Positions 20,405 through 31,700 of a stretch of DNA of 64,000 nt are shown here, in pieces. The DNA lies in contig NIVC01002128.1 in the NCBI GenBank assembly GCA_002269645.1, forward strand, positions 138,202 through 202,201. Reading direction: 5' to 3'. The DNA comes from Macrostomum lignano (taxonomy: Eukaryota). The position numbers were made by a program, and so were the translations under genes. How positions within the stretch are numbered: position 1 is the stretch's first letter; every line of letters starts with the position of its first letter. Below the pieces are notes generated by a model. It did no database searches. It saw nothing but the letters and a program-made list of their open reading frames with translations, and was not told where the DNA came from.

Positions 20405-21914
20405 ATGCCAAAAGACATCAAGCACAGACTTGAGCGGGCCAGACAAGCCGTAGCCAGTTGGTTGCCACACCAGGACGACAGCAGCGGCAGGTACGGCCGA
20501 AAACGCATCTCAACGCCGCAGCTGGTCAAGCGAACGCTGCACGTTAGCTACGACTCTCTGTCGGGCACTTATCAGGGCGTGCCGCAGAGGTGGCTACCGG
20601 AGTTCAACAGCCGCCTACTGGCGCACCCGTCAGGAGCTAAACAGTCCATCATGTCCTTTGCGTCGTTGCCAGCTTCGTCGGTGCTTTCCGTTGGCGCAGC
20701 GGCTGCAGAGTCGACGACAGACCGAAGAGAGGCCTGGACGGACTCGCCTCCGCCCACGCCGCCATCGCGAATGAGCCTGGGCAGGACGTACGACGGTGCT
20801 GCCAGTGCGGCTCAACAGCAGCACCAGTCGCGATGGAGCTCGGTAAGAAGCTTCAGTTTTCCTCATAGTCAGACAATGTACAACACATCATGTGCGCTGT
20901 GGACCCCAGATCGATTTTAATGCATAAACTTTTTACTCTATTCGAGGCAGGGGCTGTTCACCCTGGCGCAATTTAGGCGACATTGTCACACAAGCGGCGA
21001 GAGGCATTACTGCCCATTTCGCCGACTCCCATGAGCAGGCACGCAATCGCACGGATACGTACGCAGTCATACGCACAGGCACACACTCACACAGGAGTGT
21101 ACAGCGGCCCTGACTTTATTTATCGTTAGGCATGTACACTTCACTGCGCCTTGGGGGTTGGGCCTCAAGGGCGTTAATTGCATTCTACATGTAAGACCCA
21201 CGCTGAGAGGCTTATAAAACATATCAAAGCGTCGCACTGAACCACTAGGCTATACGGTCCCCTTCGTTCGAATGATGCACGAATGATCTGGAGTCAGTTC
21301 TAGAGACTTCGGGGCGAGAGTCGGACGTGCTTCGGCTCCGCTGCTCAAGCCTCTATACATTGCTCGTAGTGTTTAACTCTATTAAACCAATGTCTGAGAT
21401 TTTACATTTGTGTGAAATGACTGCTATATTTCAGCGATCGCGAGAATTTTCGCCTCAGACCAACCATCAGCAGCAGCCGCAACAGCAGCAGCCGCCGCAG
21501 GTTTGGTTCGACCGCTGCACTCGCCGATTCGTCAACCTGCCGCCGCACTGGCGCGAGCGACTCCAGAGGAACAACCTGACTGAGTGGTCGGAGTTCCAGC
21601 GAAATCCCGCGCTGCTGACCACCGTGTTCACCATGATGGACGAGGAGCTTCGGAAGATGGACCTCTCCGAGCTGGGTTTGGACTCCAGCGTGCACTCTTC
21701 AGTAGAGACGACCGCGCCCGAGGAGCCGGGACCGAGAAGCAGCAACTCCACCGCGATCAATGCCGACAGTCGCGCTGTATCGACTGAGGAATCCAACGGA
21801 CCGCAGCCGCCAGCGCCAGCAGCGCCGTCAGCAAGAAGCTCCTTGGTGTGGCGTCAACAGCGAAGCTTCGTCAGAGACGACGATAGCGACAGTGAAGAGT
21901 TCGTCGAGATTTAG
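20405..21914 (+). CDS. Kinase-less protein (about 305 aa) with two degenerate PAK-type PBD/CRIB-inhibitory-switch modules. Exons 20405 (possibly from 20261)-20842 and 21435-21914
   Basis: Module 1 ISTPQLVKRTLHVSYDSLSGTYQGVPQRW; module 2 VWFDRCTRRFVNLPPHWRERLQRNNLTEWSEFQRNPALLTTVF. Both match the remembered PAK motif ISxPxxFxHxxHVGFD..tG.ftG.P..W..LL..snIt..e..knPqav. Phase-0 intron 20843-21434; stop TAG. The frame stays open back to an acceptor at 20260. Confidence 0.75.
20944..21182 (-). mobile_element. tRNA-derived SINE family A, 5'-truncated copy in the intron of the PBD gene
   Basis: Strong identity to 51157-51390 and 53597-53710 (CCCATT(T/C)CGCCGACTCCC..GAGCAGGCA..CGGATACGTACGCAGTCA); head missing. 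Confidence 0.85.
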
Positions 21915-22096
21915 AATTGCAGGCCTCAGCTGACAGAAAAACCAACAAAACTGACAAGTTGACAAGACGCTAGCAAGAGTCGTAGGTTCTCCCGATCCAA
22001 ATTTGCATGGACTTTGCTACTATAGTGCCTGTAGCTACGAGTACATAGGCAGCCATTTCTATTCCATCTAGCCTTCATTTAAGATACAATTTGAAT

Positions 22097-22395
22097 CAGG
22101 GTTCGGAAAACTTTTTTACCTCAAGGGGCAGTTAAAAAATTCAGCTCATGGCTGCGGGCGACATGAGAAAGAAAATAGAAGATGAGAGATAAGAGAGAGG
22201 AGAGGCGAGAGTAGAGGAAATGGGTGAGAGGAGAGGGGATAGCGAATGAGCAGACAGAGAGAAGAGAGCTGAGAAGAGACACAAACATTGAGCAGGTCGG
22301 ATTGCCATGGTGAAGTTTCACAGGACCCGAGGGCCGGATTGAGATCGGCTTTGCGGGCCGCATGTGGCCGGAGGCCCGGAGCTTGCCGACCCAAA
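22097..22395 (-). mobile_element. hAT-Charlie/MER58-like MITE, short copy with GA-rich core
   Basis: Reverse complement of 22290-22395 matches the 5' end of the 46510 copy (GGGTCGGCAA.CTCCGG.CC..GGCCACATGCG.CCCG); the other end CAGGGTTCGGAAAACTTTTTTAC matches the family 3' end. Confidence 0.8.
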
Positions 22396-22488
22396 ATTTG
22401 GATGATTTATAATTAGCGTAAAAGCTCTTGACTGTCTTTAGTCGCCTGTCCCAGAGTGTTGGATATACGCTTGTAACAGCGCATTACT

Positions 22489-23585
22489 ACACCTTTTCAC
22501 GTTCAATTCAAGGACAACTTAAGTAGAAGGACGCAACACTCGAAATCTGTGGTAAATGTTTTGAAGGCAACTTTTCGCCGAAAAATACACCACTGAGATA
22601 GGAGGTTTTCATTTTTTCAGCACAAAAATTGTTATTGCTTTTGATAGGAGGCAGATCCAGTGTTCATCTTTTGATATGCTGTGCCTTTCTCATTGCTTTA
22701 TCGATATTTATAAAGCTTTTCGTTTATAAATAGTTTTAAAGGCAGGTTTCATCGGAGGGGTACACTATGGAGATAGGAAATTCCACGATTTTCAACACTG
22801 GAACAGTGATTGGGTCTCTTAACAGTGTCAGAGAAAGTCCTAATCACACTATTTGTGCCTCACATGCTGCTCTAATGACGCATTAATCGATTTTTCATGT
22901 TAAATTGGTCTGTCACTTGAAAAAACTTTTAAAACAATGACAAGAACAATTTAACATGAAAAATCGATTGATGCGTCGTTAGAGCAGCATGTGAGGCACA
23001 AAAAGACTTTCTCTGAAACTGTTAAGAGACCCAATCACTGTTTTAGTGTTGAAAATCGTGAAATTTCCCATCTCCGTAGTGTGTTTTTCCGGTGAAACCT
23101 GCCTTTAAAACTATTTCCGAACGAAAAGCTTTATGAATATCGATAGAGCAATAAGAAAGGCACAACATATCAAAAGATGAACACTGGATCTGCCTCTTAT
23201 CAAAAGCAATAACAATGTTTGTGCTAAAAAAATTAAAACCTCCTATCTCAGTAGTGTATTTTTCGGCGAAAAGTTGCCTTCAAAACATTTACCATAGATT
23301 TTGAGTGTTGCGTCCTATATATATGTTACTTGAGTAGTCCTTGGTTCAATTTTGATCAAAGTCCAGTTCTAATTTTGATCAAAGTCCAGTTCTAAAAAAA
23401 CTAGCGGAAATTCAATTCAGACTGGTGAAAATTTTGTCTATGGCTAAACCTTGCTTCGGTGGCAGAATATTTTGAACTGGGGTTTGTTTTTATTGATTTC
23501 CCGTAAGCGTTGCCCCAGTCTGAATTGAATTTTCGCTAGTTTTTTTGGAACTGGACTTTGATCAAAATTGAACGTGAAGAGGTGT
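22489..23585. mobile_element. Fold-back / long-TIR non-autonomous DNA element with a nested 230-bp hairpin (23344-23573)
   Basis: Arms about 22508-22908 and 22947-23343 are reverse complements with scattered mismatches; outer ends ACACCTTTTCACGTTCAATT / AATTGAACGTGAAGAGGTGT. Confidence 0.85.
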
Positions 23586-25755
23586 TGCTACAGATTACCA
23601 CTAAGGTCAGAAACATTAAAGTCGAATTCAACCCCACCCCCCTAATTTGACCCAGAGTCCAATGTCTATGGGAATAATGTACTGAGTACTTTCTCGCTCC
23701 TGAAGCCGTGATGTCGTCGAAGCACTATGTCTGTGGCCAAAAGTCTCATTCTCTGCGTAAATGTATAAACGGACATGTAGGAAGGCCGTCCTACATACTT
23801 ATTCTTTATAAGGTATCTCGATAATTTTCCTATTATGTCACCTGTTAATTTATCAGATTGTCATCTAATAAACTTAGTGCCAAACCCCCTACAAATTCCG
23901 TTAGTACACAGCTTAACCAAGTATTGTACTGCTTAAAATCTTAAATTAGCTGACTTACTTGTACAAGAATGCACGTTCACGAAACCTTTAAAGATTGGGT
24001 GGCCTTGAGATTGTATATTTTTACATAGCTTTTGACAATACTCAAATGCACTAATATTGATAAATATACAGTATACAGGTAAACTCAATAACAAACAACT
24101 CCTAATGACGCAAAAATGATTTATGACAATTTCTGTTTTTTGTATTTCTGAAAAAGTTTCTTAAAATTTATTTCATATAGTCAAAAACTCGTGTAAGAAA
24201 GCAAGGAGAGAGCAGAGAGAATCGCCAAAAATGTATGCAAATAATATTTTCAGTGTTATCATAACAGCTATAAGTGATGATTTTTTTAAGAGGCATGGAC
24301 TAATCGGTAGGGCAATTGTGGCAAGCAAGTCGATAATCTCTTTAACAGCGCAAGTAGAGATGGAACAGAGAAAAATAGCATCATATATAATATTATAATT
24401 AGTATATAGCGATGTAGTTAAAGCCAACAAACTATTCCAACAGATGCAAAAAATACTGCCTTTTTAGTCGTTTATTATTATTTATTATTAATATTTACAT
24501 CATAAAGATGTGGCTCTGTACGGCTGAGTATTATGTAGTCCGGATGTAAGCACAGCTTGATTTCATAATTAGTAAAGTAATTTATGTAAGCACATGTGCG
24601 CTAAAAGTGACTTGCCATCATTAAATGAGTTATCAAAGGTATTAAAAAAACTGCAAAAGATACATCTACACACCAAAGCACTAATATCTGAGAAACTTTG
24701 TTAAGCAATTAATATGGTTACGTAATCAGTATTACTCCTAATTATACAATACAGTGCGAAAGATCACGCTTAACTTGAGTAATGAATTAACTTGAGTCAT
24801 CAACTTGCTTAAAGTCTGTTAAACTTCAAACAAACAAACAAGTACACAACACGCTACTTTAAGTAGGCAAATGTCTAAATAAATCATAATTAAAGAAACA
24901 ATAAAAAATTCGAGGCACTATGAAATAATATTTCATAATAACTACTTATAACAATAATTTTAGCATGACAAAAGCAATTATAACTTAGGCGCTAAAAACT
25001 CAGGCATATCTATAGCAAGGATAAAGAATATACTAAACTATGTACAAAATTTTCTCCTAATACAATTGGCTGCCCAGTGAGACCAGGCCCAGATGACAGT
25101 CAAATAAAGTCAGTTATTAAGCAGCACCGATGCAGAGCTGCTATCGAATTTGTCAGTCAAGTTGAATCCTATTGTTTCGCTGAGCTATGCACTGTGTATT
25201 TATTGGGGAATAAATGGTATATATTCGCCATTTATACCAGTGCTAGGGCAATAAATGCTTGAGTGACTTGTTTATTGACCGAGGCTGCACAGAGAAATAA
25301 ACCGATTATTTGCACCGATGCAAATAAATGAAATTTACACTGAAGACCATAGACGTTCGACCGGGGCAAGTGGTGGATACATTAGTTTCTGTAGTCTATG
25401 GCCAGGCCCAATTAGCCCGCTGAAAACGGTACCCAGGCCGAGAAACATGGATGAAGGAATACACTGGATTGCTCATCTGAAATAGTCTATGGTCGAATTC
25501 TTTCCTCCAAACTTGGAATTTACCCCCCTAGGAATCTATTGGCTGATGAAAGTTAAAAATAATCCCCCGTAGGACTTGATTGGCTGCTGAATCAGTCTAT
25601 CAAATACATCTTTGGATTTCCCTCAAATTTTCAAATTTCCATGACTGATACAGTCTGCGTTAAAGTGCATGACCGGCTTTATAGTCTATGGCATCTAGTG
25701 GCTGTTGTCTAATTATCAACTTCACCTGACAAAAGCAACGCTTAGACCGAACTGC

Positions 25756-28700
25756 CTACAGATTGTAGGCTACATAAATTGGATCCAACTTGTCGTCAAG
25801 GAACCCGTCTCTGAGGTGCATCCGCTGTTTCTCGCCGCGGCTGTTCAGCGGGATGGTGCGCGGATCGCAGATCACGATGACGCCAGCTATGAGATGGTGC
25901 TCCTCCAGGATGCTCGAAGTGATTAGCGGGATTAGGTCGAGCGATTCGAACTCTTTGCCATTGAGTTCGGCCACGACAACAAGCAGGGAGCGCCAGGTGA
26001 ACACGGCGCTGCCAAATGCGGTTTGGGTTGGTTTTAAATTGGCGCCACACGTTCTTGTTATAACTACAGTGATAGCTCTGTACTACAAGTCCACCTTCAA
26101 GCCTTCAGTGGAAATCACAAAATCCATTTAGGCCTTTAGGAACCGTCACTAAATGCACTCAGCCACTCACATTCCTGCAGGTCGTTAATGAACACTGCTA
26201 CCGCCCTACCCTCAGGCTCTTAGAGAAAACAGAACAGCTCCTACAGTATAAACTGTGACCTTCAGGTGGATACTGCTACCCCCCCTTATACTCAGGCCTT
26301 CAGGTGCCCCCCCCTATACTCAGGCCTTCAGGTGCCCCCCCCCTATACTCAGGCCTTCAGGTGCCCCCTCCCCTATACTCAGGCCTTCACGTGCCCCCCC
26401 CCTTATACTCAGGTCTTAAGGTGAACACTGCTACTCCCCTATACTCAGGCCTTCAGGTAAACACTGCTACTCCCCCCCCAATATTCAGGCCTTCAGGTGA
26501 ATACTGCTACTCCCCCCCCCCCTATACTCAGGCCTTCACGTTCCCCCCCTTATACTCAGGCCTTCAGGTAAACACTGCTACTCCCCCCCAATATTCAGGC
26601 CTTCAGGTGAAAACTGCTACTCCCCCTATACTCAGGCCTTCAGGTGGCCACTGCTACTCCCACTATTCCCAGGCCTTCAGGTGGACACTGCTACCCCTCT
26701 ATACTCAGGCCTTCAGGTGGACACTGCTACCCCTCTATACTCAGGCCTTCAGGTGGACACTGCTACCCCTCTATACTCAGGCCTTCAGGTGGACACTGCT
26801 TCTCCCCCTATACTCAGGCCTTCAGGTGGACACTGCTATCCCTCTATACTCAGGCCTTCAGATAATCACTACCCCCCCCCCCAATACTCGGGCCTTCAGG
26901 TGGCCACTGTTATCCCCTCATACTCAGGAATTATCAGAGTGCAATTAAAGCAACAATTCCCCAACAAGCTACTGTCAGTAGCAGAATCGCTCACCACTCG
27001 CAGACGGTGTGATGACAGCGCACCACCGTGGCCTCAATATCGCCAGGATGATATCGCAGGCCGCGCAGCTGGATGGCTTCGTCCAGAGCGCCAACCAGAA
27101 ACACGGCATCGTGACGAGAGCCGTCAACAGCCGTGAGGTCGGTTCGCTTCACGAAGCCCAGGTAGCCGGTTCGGCAATAGCGGACTGAGGTATCGCCTCC
27201 GGCAGTCAGGCAGGCATTGAAGTGGTCCCTGGCGCTGGCGGGGTCCACGGCTCCGGAGGTGTCGGTGTCGCCGCCGCCGAAGCCGCTGCCTAGCAAGGCG
27301 CAGTACCCGGATGCGCTGTGACCCGCCGCGACCCAAATCTCGCCCAGATGAGAATCGGCGCACTGAGTTCGAGTCTCCGGGTTGGCGATCACCACTCGGG
27401 TGCCGCAGAGCAGCTGGCCGCATTCCGACAGGGGCAGCGAGCCCGGGCTGCCCCGGTCCACCAGCTGCACTCGGTCCTGCGGCATCAGGGACGGGTTGGG
27501 TGCCGGCTGTCCAGCTGCCTCAACCTTTATCTCCCTCCGTCTCACCCTTTATCTCCCTCTGCCTCACCCTTTATCTCCCTCTGTCTCACCCTTTATCTCC
27601 CTCTGTCTCACCCTTTATCTCCCTCTGTCTCACCCTTTATCTCCCTCTGTCTCACCCTTTATCTCCCTCTGCCTCACCCCTCATCTCCCTCCGTCTCACC
27701 CTTTATCTCCCTCTGCCTCACCCTTTATCTCCCTCCGTCTCACCCTTTATCTCCCTCAGTCTCACCCTTTATCTCCCTCTGCCTCACCCTTTATCTCCCT
27801 CTGCCTCACCCCTTATCTCCCTCCGTCTCACCCTTTATCTCCCTCTGCCTCACCCTTTATCTCCCTCCGTCTCACCCTTTATCTCCCTCAGTCTCACCCT
27901 TTATCTCCCTCTGCCTCACTCTTTATCTCCCTCTGTTTCACCGTTTATCTCCCCCTGCCTCACCCTCAGTATCGTCTGTATCTCACCCTGTCTCCCCTAG
28001 GTCTGCCCTCAATCTCACTCTCGCTCTCTCTCTACCCTATCTCACCCTCTCTCTCCACTCTGTTTCACCGTCCTTCTCCACTCTACCTGACCTTCTCTCT
28101 ACACTCTTAACCATGTACCCATCTCTCTATCTGCCATTTGTTTTCAGACTCTCCTTCCTTCTCACCCAGCTTCTCATCGTTCTCATCCTCACCTGGCGCA
28201 GCGCGGCCGCGTCCACATAGACGGTGCTGCACTCCGGCGACGAGGCGCCCTGCAGGCAGATGCACGCATTGACCCGGCACCCGAAGCTGGCGCTGAGAGC
28301 GGAGGCTTTGAGGCCCAACGGGCTGAACAGCTTGCTGAAGCTCTGCAGCAGACCGAGGCGGGGCCGCTCCTCGGCTACGGCGATTAGCGACCGGAGACTC
28401 GACAGGCTGACTTGAAGCTTTTGCTGCACAGGGTATAGGGAGAGATAGGGAAATAGAGATAGATTTGGGGATAATTAGGGATTACAGAAAATGGGGATAA
28501 TCGGGGAAGACAGAAAATGGGGATAATCAGGGATAACAGAGAATTGGGATAATTTGGGAATACAGACAATGGGGATAATCGGGGATAACAGAGAATTGGG
28601 ATAATTGGGAAATACAGACAATGGGGATAATCGGGGATAACAGAGAATTGGGATAATTGGGGAATACACACAATGAGGATAATTGGGGAAGACCGACAAT

Positions 28701-31700
28701 CGGGATAATTGGGGAATACACAATGAGGATAATTGGGGAAGACCGACAATCGGGATAATTGGGGATAACAGAGAATTGGGATAATTGGGGAATACAGACA
28801 ATGGGGTTAATCGGGGATAACAGAGAATTGGGATAATTGAGGAATACAGACAATGAGGATAAATGGGGAAGACAGACAATGAGGATAATTGGGGAAGAAA
28901 GACAATAGGGATAATTGGAGGATTCAGACAATGGGGACAATTGGGGAGACAGATAATGGGAATGATTGGGGAAGATTATTTGGCATCAGTTTGACAGTAA
29001 AAAGAAGCAGGGAAGATTAGGAAAACCGATGAAGACAATAAAAAAAACCTCACCTTGAGCAGGTCCAGCTGCTGGGCCAGCTGCGAGGCGCACAGGTCCA
29101 ACACTGGGTAGCTGCAGAATGCGTCCCGGATTCCCCGCTGACTGACGGCGAACAGAAATGCCGCAGGGGAGGCCTCAAGCTCGGCGGGAGGCAGCAGCAC
29201 AGTGTGATGCCCGGTGTACACTGAGCACAGGCACCAGAGCGCGAATGACAGGCCCGAGTAAGGGTCCAGACACAGAGCAATCTCCCTGGTTGGGTACAGC
29301 TCGCACTGCAGTTTGACAGCTTTGCACAGGTGCACAGCGGCTCTATGGGTGACTCGAACTCCGGATAGCAGGCCCGTAGTGCTGATGGAGAAGTCTAAAT
29401 AAGCGTCGGAGTCTGGATGCGCCGGGGCCGGCTGCTGCTGCTGATGCTGAACCTTCCGCTTGTCGTCAATGTCAACAACCGGAGGCCAGGAGTTCGCGGC
29501 CTGCTGGTGATGACTGAGCAGGGCTTTGAGCAGCTTAGCGGTAGGCTGATTGGTCAGCAACAGAGAGGCTTTGCTAGCCTGCAGGACGGCTTGGCAAGCT
29601 GGCAGGCCCTGATGCCCGATCGTCTGGTTGCCGCTGCCCACTGTTGAACTGCCCGACAGGCTGGACGATGAGGAGGCTGCGGCTGATGAAGAAGACGGCG
29701 GCGGTCGCATAGCAACTGGGAGGCAGCCGGCGTAGAAGCAGCCGAAGACGCCGACAATAAGATCAAGTCCTGGCGGCAGCATCAAAGCCACAGCGTGCTG
29801 CTGCTGCTGGTCGGTGCTGAGCGACTGCGGCAGGCGGGACCGCAGCAGGGCGGCGAGTCTCTCGGCCCGTTTGTGCAGCCCCAGCGCGGTGAGGCACTGC
29901 TCAGGCTGAGCAGCCTGCGGCCCCACCAGCTTGCCGGCTGACAGCACAGTGAACAGGCGCTGGTCCGGGTCCCGGCTCCGAGCTCGCAGGGTGTCGGCGA
30001 GGCTCATCCAGCCGCCGCCGCCGCCGCCGCCCTGCTGCTGCTGAAGCGCATCGTCTGGCATCGGGCGGCCTTCGGCTTCGGCAAGGCGAGCACCCTGGAC
30101 CAGGGAGCCGACCATCATTGACAGCGGCTCGGCGCTGGTGGCCTGCCGCGGCTTGGGCAGGTTGGTGACGGTGGAGTGCGGGCACATCAGGATGTTGGCC
30201 GGGTGCAGCTGGCCGGCCGCGAACCTGCGGCGGGTCTCGTGCGAGTTGATGCCGCCCAGGGGACTGCGAGGCAGCGAGTTGGGCGGCACCAGGGCGATGC
30301 AGTAGACTCCGACCTGGGCGAAGAATTGTAAGACTTGCGCATGTTAGCTTGCCGCTCTACTACAAGTAGGTTAACTGCGCGTAAATATAAATTACGATAC
30401 AGGACCAATCCTGAAGGATTCTTCAGAATATTTCAGAATAGTATAAAGAAAATCACAGAGGAAGCTTTGAGAATATCGCAAGTGAACTTTTGAGGGTGTC
30501 TATCTGGAATTCTTGAAGAATCTTGAAGAATATCTAAAAAGAATTCTTGTATTCATCAATATCTTAGGAAACTTCTGATGGGTTTCTCAAGGAGAATTCT
30601 GGGGAATATCTCTTGGAGAATTCTGATGGGTAATATCTGAATAAGAATACTGAGTAATTTCTCTTGAGGAATTCTGTAGGAATATCTCTAGGAGAATTTT
30701 GAGGGATATCTCAAGGAGAATTCTAGGGAAATATTTAAACGACTTGAGAAGTCTAGGGGAACATCTTAAGAATAATTCTAGGGGAATATCTCAAGAATAA
30801 TTCTAGGGGAATATCTCAACGAGAATTCTAGGGGAATATCTCAAGAAGAATTCTAGGGAGTATCTCAAGGAGAATTGTAGGGGAATATTTAAAGAATACT
30901 AGGGCTCAAGGAGAATACTAGGAAAATATCTCAAGAAGTCTAGGGGAATATCTCAAGGAGAATTCTAGGGGAATATCTCAAGAAGAATTCTAGGGGAATA
31001 TCTCAAGGAGAAGTCTAGGGGAATATTCCAAGGAGAATTCTGGGGAATATCTCAAGGAAAATTCTAGGGAAATATCTCAAGAGAATTGTAGGGGAATATC
31101 TAAAGAATACTAGGGGAATCTCAAGGAGAATACTAGGAAAATATCTCAAGGAAAATTATAGGGGAATATCTCAAGGAGAAGTATAGGGGAATATCTCAAG
31201 GAGAAGTCTAGGGGAATGTTCCAAGGAGAATTCTGGGGAATATCTCAAGGAAAATTCTAGGGAAATATCTCAAGAGAATTGTAGGGGAATATCTAAAGAA
31301 TACTAGGGGAATCTCAAGGAGAATACTAGGAAAATATCTCAAGGAAAATTATAGGGGAATATCTCAAGGAGAAGTATAGGGGAATATCTCAAGGAGAAGT
31401 CTAGGGGAATATTCCAAGGAGAATTCTGGGGAATATCTCAAGGAGAATTCTAGGGAAATATCTCAAGAGAATTGTAGGGGAATATCTAAAGAATACTAGG
31501 GGAATCTCAAGGAGAATTCTGGGGGAATATCTCAAGGAGAATTCTAGGGGAATATCTCAAAGAGAAGTCTAGGGAAATATTCCAAGGAGAATTCTGGGGG
31601 AATATCTCAAGGAGAATTCTGGGGGAATATCACACGCAGAATTCCGTGGAATATTTCAGGGAGAATTTTGTAGGAATATCTCAGAGCAGTCTGTCTAATT

